From the NCBI GenBank assembly GCA_015055605.1, contig SVHV01000002.1:156677-188676 (forward strand): a DNA stretch of 32,000 bases. Direction: 5' to 3'. Shown here piece by piece: positions 1 through 8,923 of the stretch. Both the position numbers and the translations under genes were made by a program. The DNA is from Clostridiales bacterium. Its GTDB lineage: Bacteria; Bacillota; Clostridia; Christensenellales; UBA1242. Below the pieces are notes generated by a model, which had not been told where the DNA came from, ran no database searches, and saw only the letters and a program-made list of their open reading frames with translations. Position 1 is the first letter of the stretch. Every line of letters begins with the position of its first letter.

Positions 1-1
1 T

Positions 2-1309
2 GATGGCTCGTGGGGTTATCAGGTAACAGGATTTTATTCTGTAACTAGTAGATTTGGAGACCCAAAAGACTTTATGTACTTTGTAGATAAATGTCATGAA
101 GCAGGGATTACAGTTATTATGGACTGGGTTCCGGCACACTTCCCAAAAGATGACTTTGGGTTAATAGAATTTGATGGTACTAGGTTGTACGAAAATCAAA
201 GTTGGGACAAACTCGAGCATAGTACATGGGGAACTAGAAAGTTTGACCATGGAAGGAACGAGGTACAGTCATTCCTAATATCTAGTGCGATGCTTTTCTT
301 AGATATGTATCACATAGACGGTATTAGAGTAGATGCAGTTGCTAGTATGTTGTATCTTGATTATGACAAAAAACCAGGCGAGTGGGTGCCTAATGAAAAT
401 GGCGACAATAAAAACTTAGAGGCAGTAGCATTCCTACAGAAACTAAATTCTTCTATATTTAGAGAATTCCCGAATGTTATCATGGTAGCAGAAGAAAGCA
501 CTGCATGGCCACTAGTTACTAAGCCTACATACTTAGGTGGACTAGGGTTTAACTTTAAATGGAATATAGGCTGGATGAATGACTCACTAGAGTATATGAA
601 GACTGACCCATTCTTCCGAAAAAGCATTCATGAAAAACTCACATTCTCTATGTTTTATGCGTTTAGTGAAAACTTTATATTGCCGATATCTCATGATGAG
701 GTTGTGCATGGTAAGTGTTCACTACTTAATAAAATGTATGGAGATTATTACGACAAATTCAAGGCTATGAGGGCATATATGTCATATATGTTTGCTCACC
801 CAGGAAAGAAACTTAACTTTATGGGTAATGAATTTGCACAGTTTAAGGAATGGGATCATATATCTGGAATTGATTTTTGTTTGTTAAACTTTGAAACTCA
901 TAAAACTATGCATACATTCACTAAAGCTTTAAATCATTTCTATTTGGACAATAGTGAATTATATGCTGATGATTTCTCATGGGGTGGATTTGACTGGTTA
1001 GTTCCTGATGATAATATCCAGAATGTACTGGTATTTAAGCGAATGGACTGTGATGGTAACGAAATAGTCTATGCAGTTAACTTCTCAACAGTGGATAGAG
1101 ATAATTATTCATTCGGAGTTGACGGTAAAGAATATGAAGAGGTGTTCTCTACCGACTGGTTGGAATTTGGTGGTACAGGACACAAGAACGGTATAGTCAA
1201 AGCAAAGAGAGAGAAGTGTAAAGGCAAAGACTATAAATTAACAATCAAGATACCTGCTATGAGTGGTGTATTCTTTAAAAAAAAATCTAAAGAAGTAAGG
1301 TTGGATTAG
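2..1309 (+). CDS. glgB: 1,4-alpha-glucan branching enzyme, C-terminal ~436 aa (5'-truncated by the window edge)
   Basis: Frame 2 is open from nt 2; DGSWGYQVTGFYSVTSRFGDPKDF precedes the first ATG at 74. GH13 branching-enzyme motifs are present: HIDGIRVDAVASMLY, MVAEESTAWP, LPISHDEVVHGK. Stop TAG at 1307-1309. Confidence 0.93.
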   Translation, partial: DGSWGYQVTGFYSVTSRFGDPKDFMYFVDKCHEAGITVIMDWVPAHFPKDDFGLIEFDGTRLYENQSWDKLEHSTWGTRKFDHGRNEVQSFLISSAMLFLDMYHIDGIRVDAVASMLYLDYDKKPGEWVPNENGDNKNLEAVAFLQKLNSSIFREFPNVIMVAEESTAWPLVTKPTYLGGLGFNFKWNIGWMNDSLEYMKTDPFFRKSIHEKLTFSMFYAFSENFILPISHDEVVHGKCSLLNKMYGDYYDKFKAMRAYMSYMFAHPGKKLNFMGNEFAQFKEWDHISGIDFCLLNFETHKTMHTFTKALNHFYLDNSELYADDFSWGGFDWLVPDDNIQNVLVFKRMDCDGNEIVYAVNFSTVDRDNYSFGVDGKEYEEVFSTDWLEFGGTGHKNGIVKAKREKCKGKDYKLTIKIPAMSGVFFKKKSKEVRLD

Positions 1310-1313
1310 AAAA

Positions 1314-4300
1314 ATGGATAACTCAAAATTAAAAGATTTAGTTAAAAATTTAAAAGCAAAGACGGCTAAAATTGCAGAAGGCGATTACGAGGAGAAGCCT
1401 GAGAAGGTTGTAGAGCCTGTTGTTGAAACTGTAGTAGAGCCGGAAGTAGAGGAGGTGGTAGAAACACCTGTAGTAGAAGAAGTAGTAGAAGAAACTACTC
1501 CTATTGTTTCTGCCCCAGTAGAAGAGGAAGTTGCTGAGCCTGTAGAAGAAGAGGGTGAGGATACTCCTTCTGATGATATTGATGCAAAGATTGCTGAGTA
1601 TTATAGAAGAAAACAGGCAAAGATAGAAGAGTTAGAAAAGGCAGAACAAGAAGAGGCTCTTAAGATTATTAAGAAGACCGACCTTTATGAAGAGAAGAAG
1701 AAAGAATATGCTGATATCTTCAATGGAATTATGATTTCTAGAGATGACCTAGACAAAGAAAATATCGGTAGAGCAGTTCTAGACGAATTTACTCTTAAAG
1801 ATACAGATACTGAGGAAGATATGATAGAGGCTGGTATACTTGATACAGAGTCTACTATGGGTATGGATATGTCTCAAGAGGACAAAGTTGATGTTGTGAC
1901 AGAGATGGCTGCAGGAGAAACAGATGGTATTGATGAGTATATTGTTGATGCGCAGGTTTCTGGTGGCGATGTGACAGAGTATGTTATTGCTGGAGAAAAA
2001 GAAGAAGTAGAGCCAGAGGTAAAAGAAGAGATTGCTTCTGTTATTGAAGAGGCAAAGAAGACAACTAAGAAAACTACAACTAAGAAAACTACTACTAAGT
2101 CTACAACTGCTAAGAAAACCACAACAAAGAAAACTACTACAACTAAAAAGACAACTACTAAAAAAGCAGAAGCAGATGGCGAGAAAAAGACAACTGCTAA
2201 AAAATCTACTACTAAGAAAACAGCAACTAAAACAGCAACTAAAACAACTACTAAGAAGTCTACTACAACTAGAAAGACAACAAAGAAAGATGAAGATGTT
2301 GTTGATACAGGCATTACACTAAGTGATGCTGAGATGGAAAGCCTTGTGAATAAAATTGTTCCAGAAGAGGGAATTGAACTTACAAGTGCTGAAAAGGAAA
2401 CTCTCGTAGAAAATATTGTTGCTACTGATGAAAATACAGAATCAGTAGAAAAAGAACTTGCTGAGGGCTGGAGTGTTGATGACTATAATAAATTAGTTGG
2501 AATCAAAGATGAAGAGCCTGTAGAGGTTGAGTCAGAGGAAGAGGTTTCTAAAGACGGAACTCTTGATAGTAATGTTGCTCTAAATGAGAGTGATATAGAG
2601 TATTTAGAGAAAGAAGAGGATACTAAGTCTGAGTATTTCTACGGTAGTGAAGAGCACAAAGAAAACGAAGAGAGTAAAAAATCAGAAACTCCTGCAACTG
2701 TTTCAAATGAAGTAGAGTTGGGAGATAAGAACTTTAATAAAGATATAGCAAATGCTACTCCGTCTAGCGAGATTAAGCCTATGAGCGAGCCTGTGCAGAT
2801 GACAGAAGAAGAGAGATTTGCTAAAGAAATGGAGTATATCTATACAATCTTTGGTGTAGAAGAAAAAGCAAGACAAGTTAACCTTAATCCTAGAAGAATC
2901 TTGTATGTTGCTACAGAGTGTCAACCATTCGCTGCAACAGGAGGCCTTGCAGATGTGGCTGGTAGTCTTCCTAATGCAATCGCCGATATGGGTGTAGACA
3001 TTAGAGTTATTATGCCTCTATATGGAGCAATCAAGGATATATATAGACAAGACTTTGAGTTCTTAGGTAATTTCACAGTACACCTAAGTTGGAGAAGGGA
3101 GTATTGTGGACTATTCAGATATTACAAAGATGGTGTTACATACTACTTTATCGACAATGAGAGATATTTCAAGAGAGATAATCTATATGGATACTTTGAT
3201 GACGGTGAGAGATTTGCATATTTCTGTAGAGCTGTTGTTGAGAGCCTTCCACATATTGATTTCTTCCCAGATATTATCCATTGTAACGATTGGCAGTCAG
3301 CATTAGTTCCTACTTATATCAAGACTGGTAACTGGACTGACCATAGATATTATCAAATCAAACACATATACACTATTCATAATGTTGAGTATCAAGGTGT
3401 ATATGGTATGGAAAATCTAAAAGACCTATTTGGTATTGATGAGTGTTATACTCATGATATGGAATATGACGGAACTATTAACTTAACAAAAGCAGCAATT
3501 CAACTTAGTGATAAGATTACAACTGTTTCACATTCATATTGCGATAACTTAAAACAACCATATTGTAGTAGAGGTTTGCATCATATTATTTGTAGAAATG
3601 AGCATAAACTAACTGGTATCATTAATGGTATTGATAATAGTTTCTACAACCCTGCTACTGACCAAACTATTCATGATAATTTCGACATAGATAATATGGA
3701 AGGAAAGAAGAAAAACAAAAAAGCATGGCAAGAGGAATTAGGACTACCTGTAGACCCAGATACTCCAATGCTATCTATGGTTACTAGACTTGTTTCACAC
3801 AAAGGTCTAGACTTGATGGTTAAGATATTAGAAGACTTACTTCAAGACGATATTCAGTTCGTAATCGTTGGTACTGGTGACCAGAGATTTATAGAATTCT
3901 TTAGATACTTAGAGGATAAATATCCTACAAAAGTTAGAGCACTTGTTGATAAGTTCTCTCTTGAGTATGCTAGAAAGAACTATGCTGGTAGTGATATCTT
4001 TATTATGCCTAGCAAGATTGAGCCTTGTGGTATCAGTCAGATGGTTGCTAGTAGATATGGTACAGTACCTATCGTTAGAGAATGTGGTGGTCTAAAGGAT
4101 ACTATCACAGACTTCGGTTGTGAGGGTGGTGGTAATGGTTATACATTCACTCATTACAATTCAGAAGACCTTAAATATCAGATTAAGAGAGCAATTAGCG
4201 ATTACCATGATAAAGATGGTTGGGCTGAGAAGATGAGAATAGTTATGACTCAGGACTTCAGTTGGGCTAAATCTGCTAAAGAATATATTGATTTGTATGA

Positions 4301-4316
4301 ATCAATCATGAAATAA
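1314..4316 (+). CDS. glgA: Glycogen synthase (GT5) with a ~526-aa low-complexity N-terminal extension
   Basis: A single 3003-nt ORF. From residue ~527 (nt 2892) it shows canonical GlgA sequence: RRILYVATECQPFAATGGLADVAGSLP, HCNDWQSAL, PSKIEPCGISQM. The catalytic part is ~474 aa, a normal GlgA length. The preceding 1.58 kb in the same frame has no stop, which is not plausible by chance in AT-rich DNA. The RBS before 1314 is weak (GGA). Confidence 0.9.
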   Translation: MDNSKLKDLVKNLKAKTAKIAEGDYEEKPEKVVEPVVETVVEPEVEEVVETPVVEEVVEETTPIVSAPVEEEVAEPVEEEGEDTPSDDIDAKIAEYYRRKQAKIEELEKAEQEEALKIIKKTDLYEEKKKEYADIFNGIMISRDDLDKENIGRAVLDEFTLKDTDTEEDMIEAGILDTESTMGMDMSQEDKVDVVTEMAAGETDGIDEYIVDAQVSGGDVTEYVIAGEKEEVEPEVKEEIASVIEEAKKTTKKTTTKKTTTKSTTAKKTTTKKTTTTKKTTTKKAEADGEKKTTAKKSTTKKTATKTATKTTTKKSTTTRKTTKKDEDVVDTGITLSDAEMESLVNKIVPEEGIELTSAEKETLVENIVATDENTESVEKELAEGWSVDDYNKLVGIKDEEPVEVESEEEVSKDGTLDSNVALNESDIEYLEKEEDTKSEYFYGSEEHKENEESKKSETPATVSNEVELGDKNFNKDIANATPSSEIKPMSEPVQMTEEERFAKEMEYIYTIFGVEEKARQVNLNPRRILYVATECQPFAATGGLADVAGSLPNAIADMGVDIRVIMPLYGAIKDIYRQDFEFLGNFTVHLSWRREYCGLFRYYKDGVTYYFIDNERYFKRDNLYGYFDDGERFAYFCRAVVESLPHIDFFPDIIHCNDWQSALVPTYIKTGNWTDHRYYQIKHIYTIHNVEYQGVYGMENLKDLFGIDECYTHDMEYDGTINLTKAAIQLSDKITTVSHSYCDNLKQPYCSRGLHHIICRNEHKLTGIINGIDNSFYNPATDQTIHDNFDIDNMEGKKKNKKAWQEELGLPVDPDTPMLSMVTRLVSHKGLDLMVKILEDLLQDDIQFVIVGTGDQRFIEFFRYLEDKYPTKVRALVDKFSLEYARKNYAGSDIFIMPSKIEPCGISQMVASRYGTVPIVRECGGLKDTITDFGCEGGGNGYTFTHYNSEDLKYQIKRAISDYHDKDGWAEKMRIVMTQDFSWAKSAKEYIDLYESIMK
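2052..2287 (+). repeat. K/T-rich low-complexity tract inside the glgA extension (residues 247-325)
   Basis: Translation: AKKTTKKTTTKKTTTKSTTAKKTTTKKTTTTKKTTTKKAEADGEKKTTAKKSTTKKTATKTATKTTTKKSTTTRKTTKK. The DNA consists of degenerate aag/aaa/act/aca repeats. Confidence 0.95.
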
Positions 4317-4326
4317 GGAGACTATT

Positions 4327-6759
4327 GTGAGCACTAAACTTACAGAGCAAAAAGCACTGCAATTATTAGAAGAAACACTTAGAAAGTATGGAGAGGCCGA
4401 CCAAACTATTGATAAGGCCCCTCTTACTGAATTATATAGAGCACTAGCAATTATTTCACACGATATGCTAGTGGAGAAGAGAGAAAAATATCATATCAAG
4501 GTTAGTAAATCTATGAGCAAAAGAGTACATTATCTATGTATGGAATTTTTGCTCGGTAGAAACCTAAAGACAACTATGTTTAACCTAAAGACTGCTCCTG
4601 TTTTTGAGAAAATCTTAAAGGACAGAAAAATCGACATAGAGGATATCTATGAGGTTGAGAATGATGCTGGTTTAGGTAATGGTGGACTAGGTAGACTCGC
4701 TGCCTGCTTTATGGATAGCCTTGCTACTATGGGATATCCTAATATGGGACATAGCATTCTATATGAATATGGTTTTTTCAAACAAAAAATCGTAGACGGA
4801 GAACAGGTAGAACTAACTGATAGTTGGAGAAGTACGGGTGACTACTGGCTACAGAAAAGGTCCGACAAAACTGTATTTGTAAAATTCGGTGGTACTGTTA
4901 CTGAGAGAATTGAGGACGGTAGATTAATACCTGAGTATCGTGATTATACTGAGGTGTCTGCAGTTCCTTATGATATGGTTCTTAGTGGATACAATAGCAC
5001 TGGTGTTGGCGTTCTTAGATTATGGGAGGCTAAGGCTGTAAATAAGTTTGACTTCAAGAGTTTTAGTCAAGGCGCTTATGTTCAAGCAGTAGCAGAGAGT
5101 AGTGAGATGGAGATGATTAGTAAGGTTCTCTATCCTGCAGACGACCATGAGAGTGGTAAAACACTTAGACTAAAACAACAGTATTTCTTAGTATCAGCAG
5201 CACTTCAGAATATTGTGGCTACTCATATCAAGAGATATAGAAATCTAAAGACACTTCCACAACTTGTGTCTATTCATATTAACGACACACACCCAGCACT
5301 TTCTATACCAGAACTTATGAGAATTCTTATGGACGAGTATGGTTGGTCATGGGATAGTGCATGGGCAGTTGTCAATAAAACAATCAATTATACTAATCAT
5401 ACAGTTCTAATGGAGGCACTAGAAAAATGGGATGAAAAACTATTTGCTAATGTTCTCCCTAGAATCTATCAGATTGTAAAAGAAATCAATAGAAGATTTA
5501 CAAAAGAACTACTTGATAATCATCAAGAACAATTTGATCTAGCAACTATAGAGAAGATGGCTATTATTAGTCAAGGTCAAGTTAGAATGGCTAATCTATC
5601 TGTTGTTGGTTGTGGTAAGGTAAATGGTGTCAGTGCTCTACATAGTGATATTATTAGAACACAACTCTTTAGACCTTTCTCAGAGCTATATCCAAAGAAA
5701 TTTACTAATGTAACTAATGGTATCGCTCACAGAAGATGGCTATGTCAGTCTAACCCAAATCTAGCTAAACTCATTGAGGACTGTATCGGTACTGATTATT
5801 ACCTAAAACCAGACGAACTAAAGAAACTAGAGAAGTGGGCAGACGACCCAGGATTCTTGCAAAAACTAAAGAAAGTAAAAGACGATAACAAAAAAGACTT
5901 CGTTGCATTCTTAAAGAAACATCAAGGGGTTGAAGTAAATCCAAACCATAGATTTGATGTTCATATCAAGAGAATCCATGAGTACAAGAGACAACTGCTC
6001 AATGTGTTGAAGATTATTTACCTATATAGTGAGATTATCAAAAATCCAGATGCAGAAGTAACCGAGCAAGTGTTCTTCTTTGGAGGTAAGTCTGCACCTA
6101 AATACTATATGGCTAAGCGTATCATTAAACTTATTGGCAAATTATCTGCAGATATTGACAAGAATCCACTTGTTAGGGGTAGATTAAAGGTTGTAATGCT
6201 AGAAAACTACAATGTTAGTGTTGCAGAGAAAATTATTCCAGCTAGTGAAGTTAGTGAACAAGTAAGCCTTGCAGGTAAAGAAGCTAGTGGTACTGGTAAT
6301 ATGAAGTTTATGAGTAATGGTGCTCTAACATTAGGAACTTTTGATGGTGCTAATGTAGAGATGACCGGAATTCTAGGAGACGACAATATCTTTATCTTTG
6401 GACTAACTGCAGATAGAGTAGACCAGGAGTGGAAAATAGGATACAATCCTAAAGAGATATATGACACTAACCCAAAAGTGAAGAGGGTTGTGGATATGTT
6501 AAAGACTGGTTTTGCAGGAGAGAGTTTTGCAGATATTGCAGAATATCTAATCGGTGGAACTAGACCAGACCCATATATGTGTTTGATTGACTTTGATAGT
6601 TATATACAGGCACATTATAGAATGGACGAACTATACAAAAATCAAAAAGAGTGGAACAAACTTAGTTGTATTAATATTGCTAGGTCTGGATTCTTCGCTG
6701 CAGATAGAAGTATAGGCGAGTACGCAGATAATATCTGGCATCTAAATAGAGTGGAATAA
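4327..6759 (+). CDS. glgP: Glycogen/maltodextrin phosphorylase (GT35)
   Basis: GTG start at 4327, 6 nt after RBS AAGGAGA (4315-4321). Motifs: EAGLGNGGLGRLAACF-type (NDAGLGNGGLGRLAACFMDS), HEYKRQLLN, and the PLP-lysine region EASGTGNMKFMSNGALTLGTFDGANVE. Confidence 0.95.
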   Translation: MSTKLTEQKALQLLEETLRKYGEADQTIDKAPLTELYRALAIISHDMLVEKREKYHIKVSKSMSKRVHYLCMEFLLGRNLKTTMFNLKTAPVFEKILKDRKIDIEDIYEVENDAGLGNGGLGRLAACFMDSLATMGYPNMGHSILYEYGFFKQKIVDGEQVELTDSWRSTGDYWLQKRSDKTVFVKFGGTVTERIEDGRLIPEYRDYTEVSAVPYDMVLSGYNSTGVGVLRLWEAKAVNKFDFKSFSQGAYVQAVAESSEMEMISKVLYPADDHESGKTLRLKQQYFLVSAALQNIVATHIKRYRNLKTLPQLVSIHINDTHPALSIPELMRILMDEYGWSWDSAWAVVNKTINYTNHTVLMEALEKWDEKLFANVLPRIYQIVKEINRRFTKELLDNHQEQFDLATIEKMAIISQGQVRMANLSVVGCGKVNGVSALHSDIIRTQLFRPFSELYPKKFTNVTNGIAHRRWLCQSNPNLAKLIEDCIGTDYYLKPDELKKLEKWADDPGFLQKLKKVKDDNKKDFVAFLKKHQGVEVNPNHRFDVHIKRIHEYKRQLLNVLKIIYLYSEIIKNPDAEVTEQVFFFGGKSAPKYYMAKRIIKLIGKLSADIDKNPLVRGRLKVVMLENYNVSVAEKIIPASEVSEQVSLAGKEASGTGNMKFMSNGALTLGTFDGANVEMTGILGDDNIFIFGLTADRVDQEWKIGYNPKEIYDTNPKVKRVVDMLKTGFAGESFADIAEYLIGGTRPDPYMCLIDFDSYIQAHYRMDELYKNQKEWNKLSCINIARSGFFAADRSIGEYADNIWHLNRVE

Positions 6760-6830
6760 TTCACCACTCTTTTTGGCTTTTTAGTAAAAATAATTTATCA
6801 TTATGTAATTGATAAATAAAAGGAGGAAGT

Positions 6831-8855
6831 ATGATTGATTATTTATTTAATCCAACACTGGACAAAGTTCCTTATGGTGTTTGCACTAAAGGTACAACGG
6901 TTAAATACAAAATCAGGGTGTCTAAGTTTAAAGGCATAAAGGCTGTCAACTTTGTTATGCACAAGGACGGAGAATTTCCTGCATACTACAGTATGACTAA
7001 ACTCTTTACTGACGAAAGATACTGTCACTACGAAATCGAGCATACTTATCCTACTTCTGGTCACTACTGGTATCACTTTGAGTGTATAACAGACAGTGAG
7101 AATATTAGACTAGTCAAGGGTGATAGGCTAGATATTAGACACGAAGACATTGATGATGATTACCTCGAACTTATAATTGATAGAGATTCTTCTACTGGTA
7201 GAGAATTTCACAAGGGTATCATATACCACATTTTTATAGATAGATTCTGTAGAAAGGGTGAGGTAAAATCTAGAGAGGGACTAGAACTACTCGAAGACTG
7301 GAGAGAGCCTGTTGACTATGAGTATAATAGCATAGGCGAGAGAGTTAATCGTAAGTGTTATGGTGGAAACTTTGAGGGAATTATCTCTAAACTCGATTAC
7401 TTAAAAGATTTAGGTGTAACCATGTTATATCTATCTCCTATATTTGAGGCTCATAGTAGTCATAAGTATAATATTGCTGACTATAGCAAGATTGATGAGA
7501 TGTTTGGTGGCGAGGAGAAGTTTAAGAAACTAATCAAAGCGGCAGACAAAAAAGGTATCAAGATTATCATTGACGGTGTATTTAATCATACTGGTAGTGA
7601 TAGTATTTATTTTAATAAAAATGGTAGATATGACGAGGTTGGCGCATATCAGAGCAGAGATAGTAAGTATTATGACTGGTATGACTTTCAGGACTATCCT
7701 AATAAGTATAGTTGTTGGTGGGGTGTAAAAGCTTTACCACAGACTAACGAACATTCATCTTTTTCTGACTATATTGCAGGAGAGGGTGGAATAATAGAAA
7801 AATATATGAAAATGGGCATATATGGTTTTAGACTAGATGTTGCAGATGAACTAACCGATAATTTCTTAAATAGAATCAATCGCACTACTAAGGCTATAAA
7901 TCCAGAGGCGTATATAGTAGGCGAGGTTTGGGAAGACGCAGCTTGTAAGATTGCTTATGACCAGAGGAAAAAGTATTTCTTAGGCGAGTCGCTAGATTCT
8001 GTTACTAATTATCCTATGAAAAATGCAATTATTGACTTTGTAAAAAATGGAGATGCTAGTCACTTCGTTAGTACAATCAATATGATTAGGGCAGAGTATC
8101 CATACAATGTTCAACATGGACTTATGAACATCTTAGGCTCACACGATACATATAGAGTTATGACTAAACTAGTGCTTCAGGACAATGCTGGGCTAGTGAA
8201 ACAACACTTTATGAGTGAGGGTGAGTGGGAGATGGGTATTAAACTACTCAAGATTGCTACAGTTTTACAATACACTGCTATAGGTATACCTACTGTGTAC
8301 TATGGTGACGAAGTCGGTATGACTGGTGGTGGAGATCCTTTCTGTAGAGAAACTTATCCATGGGGCATGGAAAATGAGAAAATTCTCGACTGGTATAGAA
8401 GACTGGGAAAACTACGACTAAGACCTGCAATATACGAGGGCGATATGAATATCCTATATAATGATGACAGCGTACTTGTGTATGAGCGAAAGACCGATAG
8501 GGATAAGATACTTGTTGCAGTTAATAGAGGAGAGAGTGATCATACACTCACATTTAATGATACAATGTATGACTTACTTAGAGGTAGAGAATATTATGGT
8601 TCGGCAGTTCTTGCGTCTAATAGTTACTATGTATTATCCAGAGATAAGGAGTGTGTAGACCATTTAGCAGAATTAGTAAAAGAGTCTAAGTCAAAAACTG
8701 CTACCCCAAAGTCAGTGGCTAAGAAAACCACTACAAAGAAGTCTACTACAGCTAAAAAGACTGCGACTAAAAAAGCAAAGACAGATAGCGAGAAAAAGAC
8801 TACTGCAAAAAAGACAACTACCAAAAAAACTACCACAAAAAAAGTGGCAGAGTAG
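6831..8855 (+). CDS. GH13 alpha-glucosidase (neopullulanase / cyclomaltodextrinase-like) with a K/T-rich C-terminal tail
   Basis: Strong RBS AAAGGAGGAA before the ATG. GH13 regions: IYHIFIDRF, DGVFNHTG, GFRLDVADEL (nucleophile), GEVWED (acid/base), GSHDTYR. An N-terminal ~125-aa beta-domain is typical of neopullulanase-like enzymes. The last ~55 aa are a KKTTTKK-type tract. Confidence 0.85.
   Translation: MIDYLFNPTLDKVPYGVCTKGTTVKYKIRVSKFKGIKAVNFVMHKDGEFPAYYSMTKLFTDERYCHYEIEHTYPTSGHYWYHFECITDSENIRLVKGDRLDIRHEDIDDDYLELIIDRDSSTGREFHKGIIYHIFIDRFCRKGEVKSREGLELLEDWREPVDYEYNSIGERVNRKCYGGNFEGIISKLDYLKDLGVTMLYLSPIFEAHSSHKYNIADYSKIDEMFGGEEKFKKLIKAADKKGIKIIIDGVFNHTGSDSIYFNKNGRYDEVGAYQSRDSKYYDWYDFQDYPNKYSCWWGVKALPQTNEHSSFSDYIAGEGGIIEKYMKMGIYGFRLDVADELTDNFLNRINRTTKAINPEAYIVGEVWEDAACKIAYDQRKKYFLGESLDSVTNYPMKNAIIDFVKNGDASHFVSTINMIRAEYPYNVQHGLMNILGSHDTYRVMTKLVLQDNAGLVKQHFMSEGEWEMGIKLLKIATVLQYTAIGIPTVYYGDEVGMTGGGDPFCRETYPWGMENEKILDWYRRLGKLRLRPAIYEGDMNILYNDDSVLVYERKTDRDKILVAVNRGESDHTLTFNDTMYDLLRGREYYGSAVLASNSYYVLSRDKECVDHLAELVKESKSKTATPKSVAKKTTTKKSTTAKKTATKKAKTDSEKKTTAKKTTTKKTTTKKVAE
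8688..8852 (+). repeat. K/T-rich low-complexity C-terminal tail of the GH13 enzyme
   Basis: Translation: KSKTATPKSVAKKTTTKKSTTAKKTATKKAKTDSEKKTTAKKTTTKKTTTKKVAE. Confidence 0.95.
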
Positions 8856-8872
8856 AAAGCAAATAGATAAAC

Positions 8873-8917
8873 AAAAAACATACCCCAAAAAACCAAAGTG
8901 ATAGGGTATGTTTTTTT
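8873..8917. terminator. Bidirectional rho-independent terminator between GH13 (+) and the flavoprotein (-)
   Basis: Stem AAACATACCC (8876-8885) pairs with GGGTATGTTT (8904-8913). An A-run lies upstream and a T7 run downstream, so it can work on both strands. Confidence 0.75.
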
Positions 8918-8923
8918 ATGTTA

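Noticed and set aside
361-627. Other short antisense or alternate-frame track ORFs: 361-627, 2703-2924, 3106-3306, 6207-6467, 6843-7076, 8461-8658, 9608-9856, 10549-10809, 10966-11268, 12078-12371, 15748-15954, 16837-17226, 17828-18187, 18380-18601, 19834-20052, 20985-21191, 21250-21526, 23296-23493, 24274-24687, 25408-25639, 27605-27862, 29208-29624, 30003-30311, 31660-31923.
   Set aside because: Each lies inside or against a gene with clear family motifs on the other frame or strand. They lack an RBS and give low-complexity, hydrophobic or serine-rich translations typical of shadow ORFs.
1874-2322. Track ORFs 1874-2314 (-) and 2032-2322 (+, alternate frame) inside glgA. The analogous ORFs 8627-8896 (-) and 25924-26289 (-) overlap the other K/T tracts.
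   Set aside because: They overlap the K/T-codon repeats. Reading aag/aaa/act repeats in another frame or on the other strand gives stop-free V/F/L- or L/Q/R-rich nonsense. None has an RBS, and the host frames carry recognisable enzyme domains.
6793-6817. Perfect 8-bp inverted repeat ATTTATCA-N9-TGATAAAT between glgP and the GH13 gene, considered as a possible operator or cre-like site.
   Set aside because: It does not match the cre consensus (TGWAANCGNTNWCA). All-AT palindromes of this size are common in AT-rich spacers, and the RNA hairpin would be very weak.
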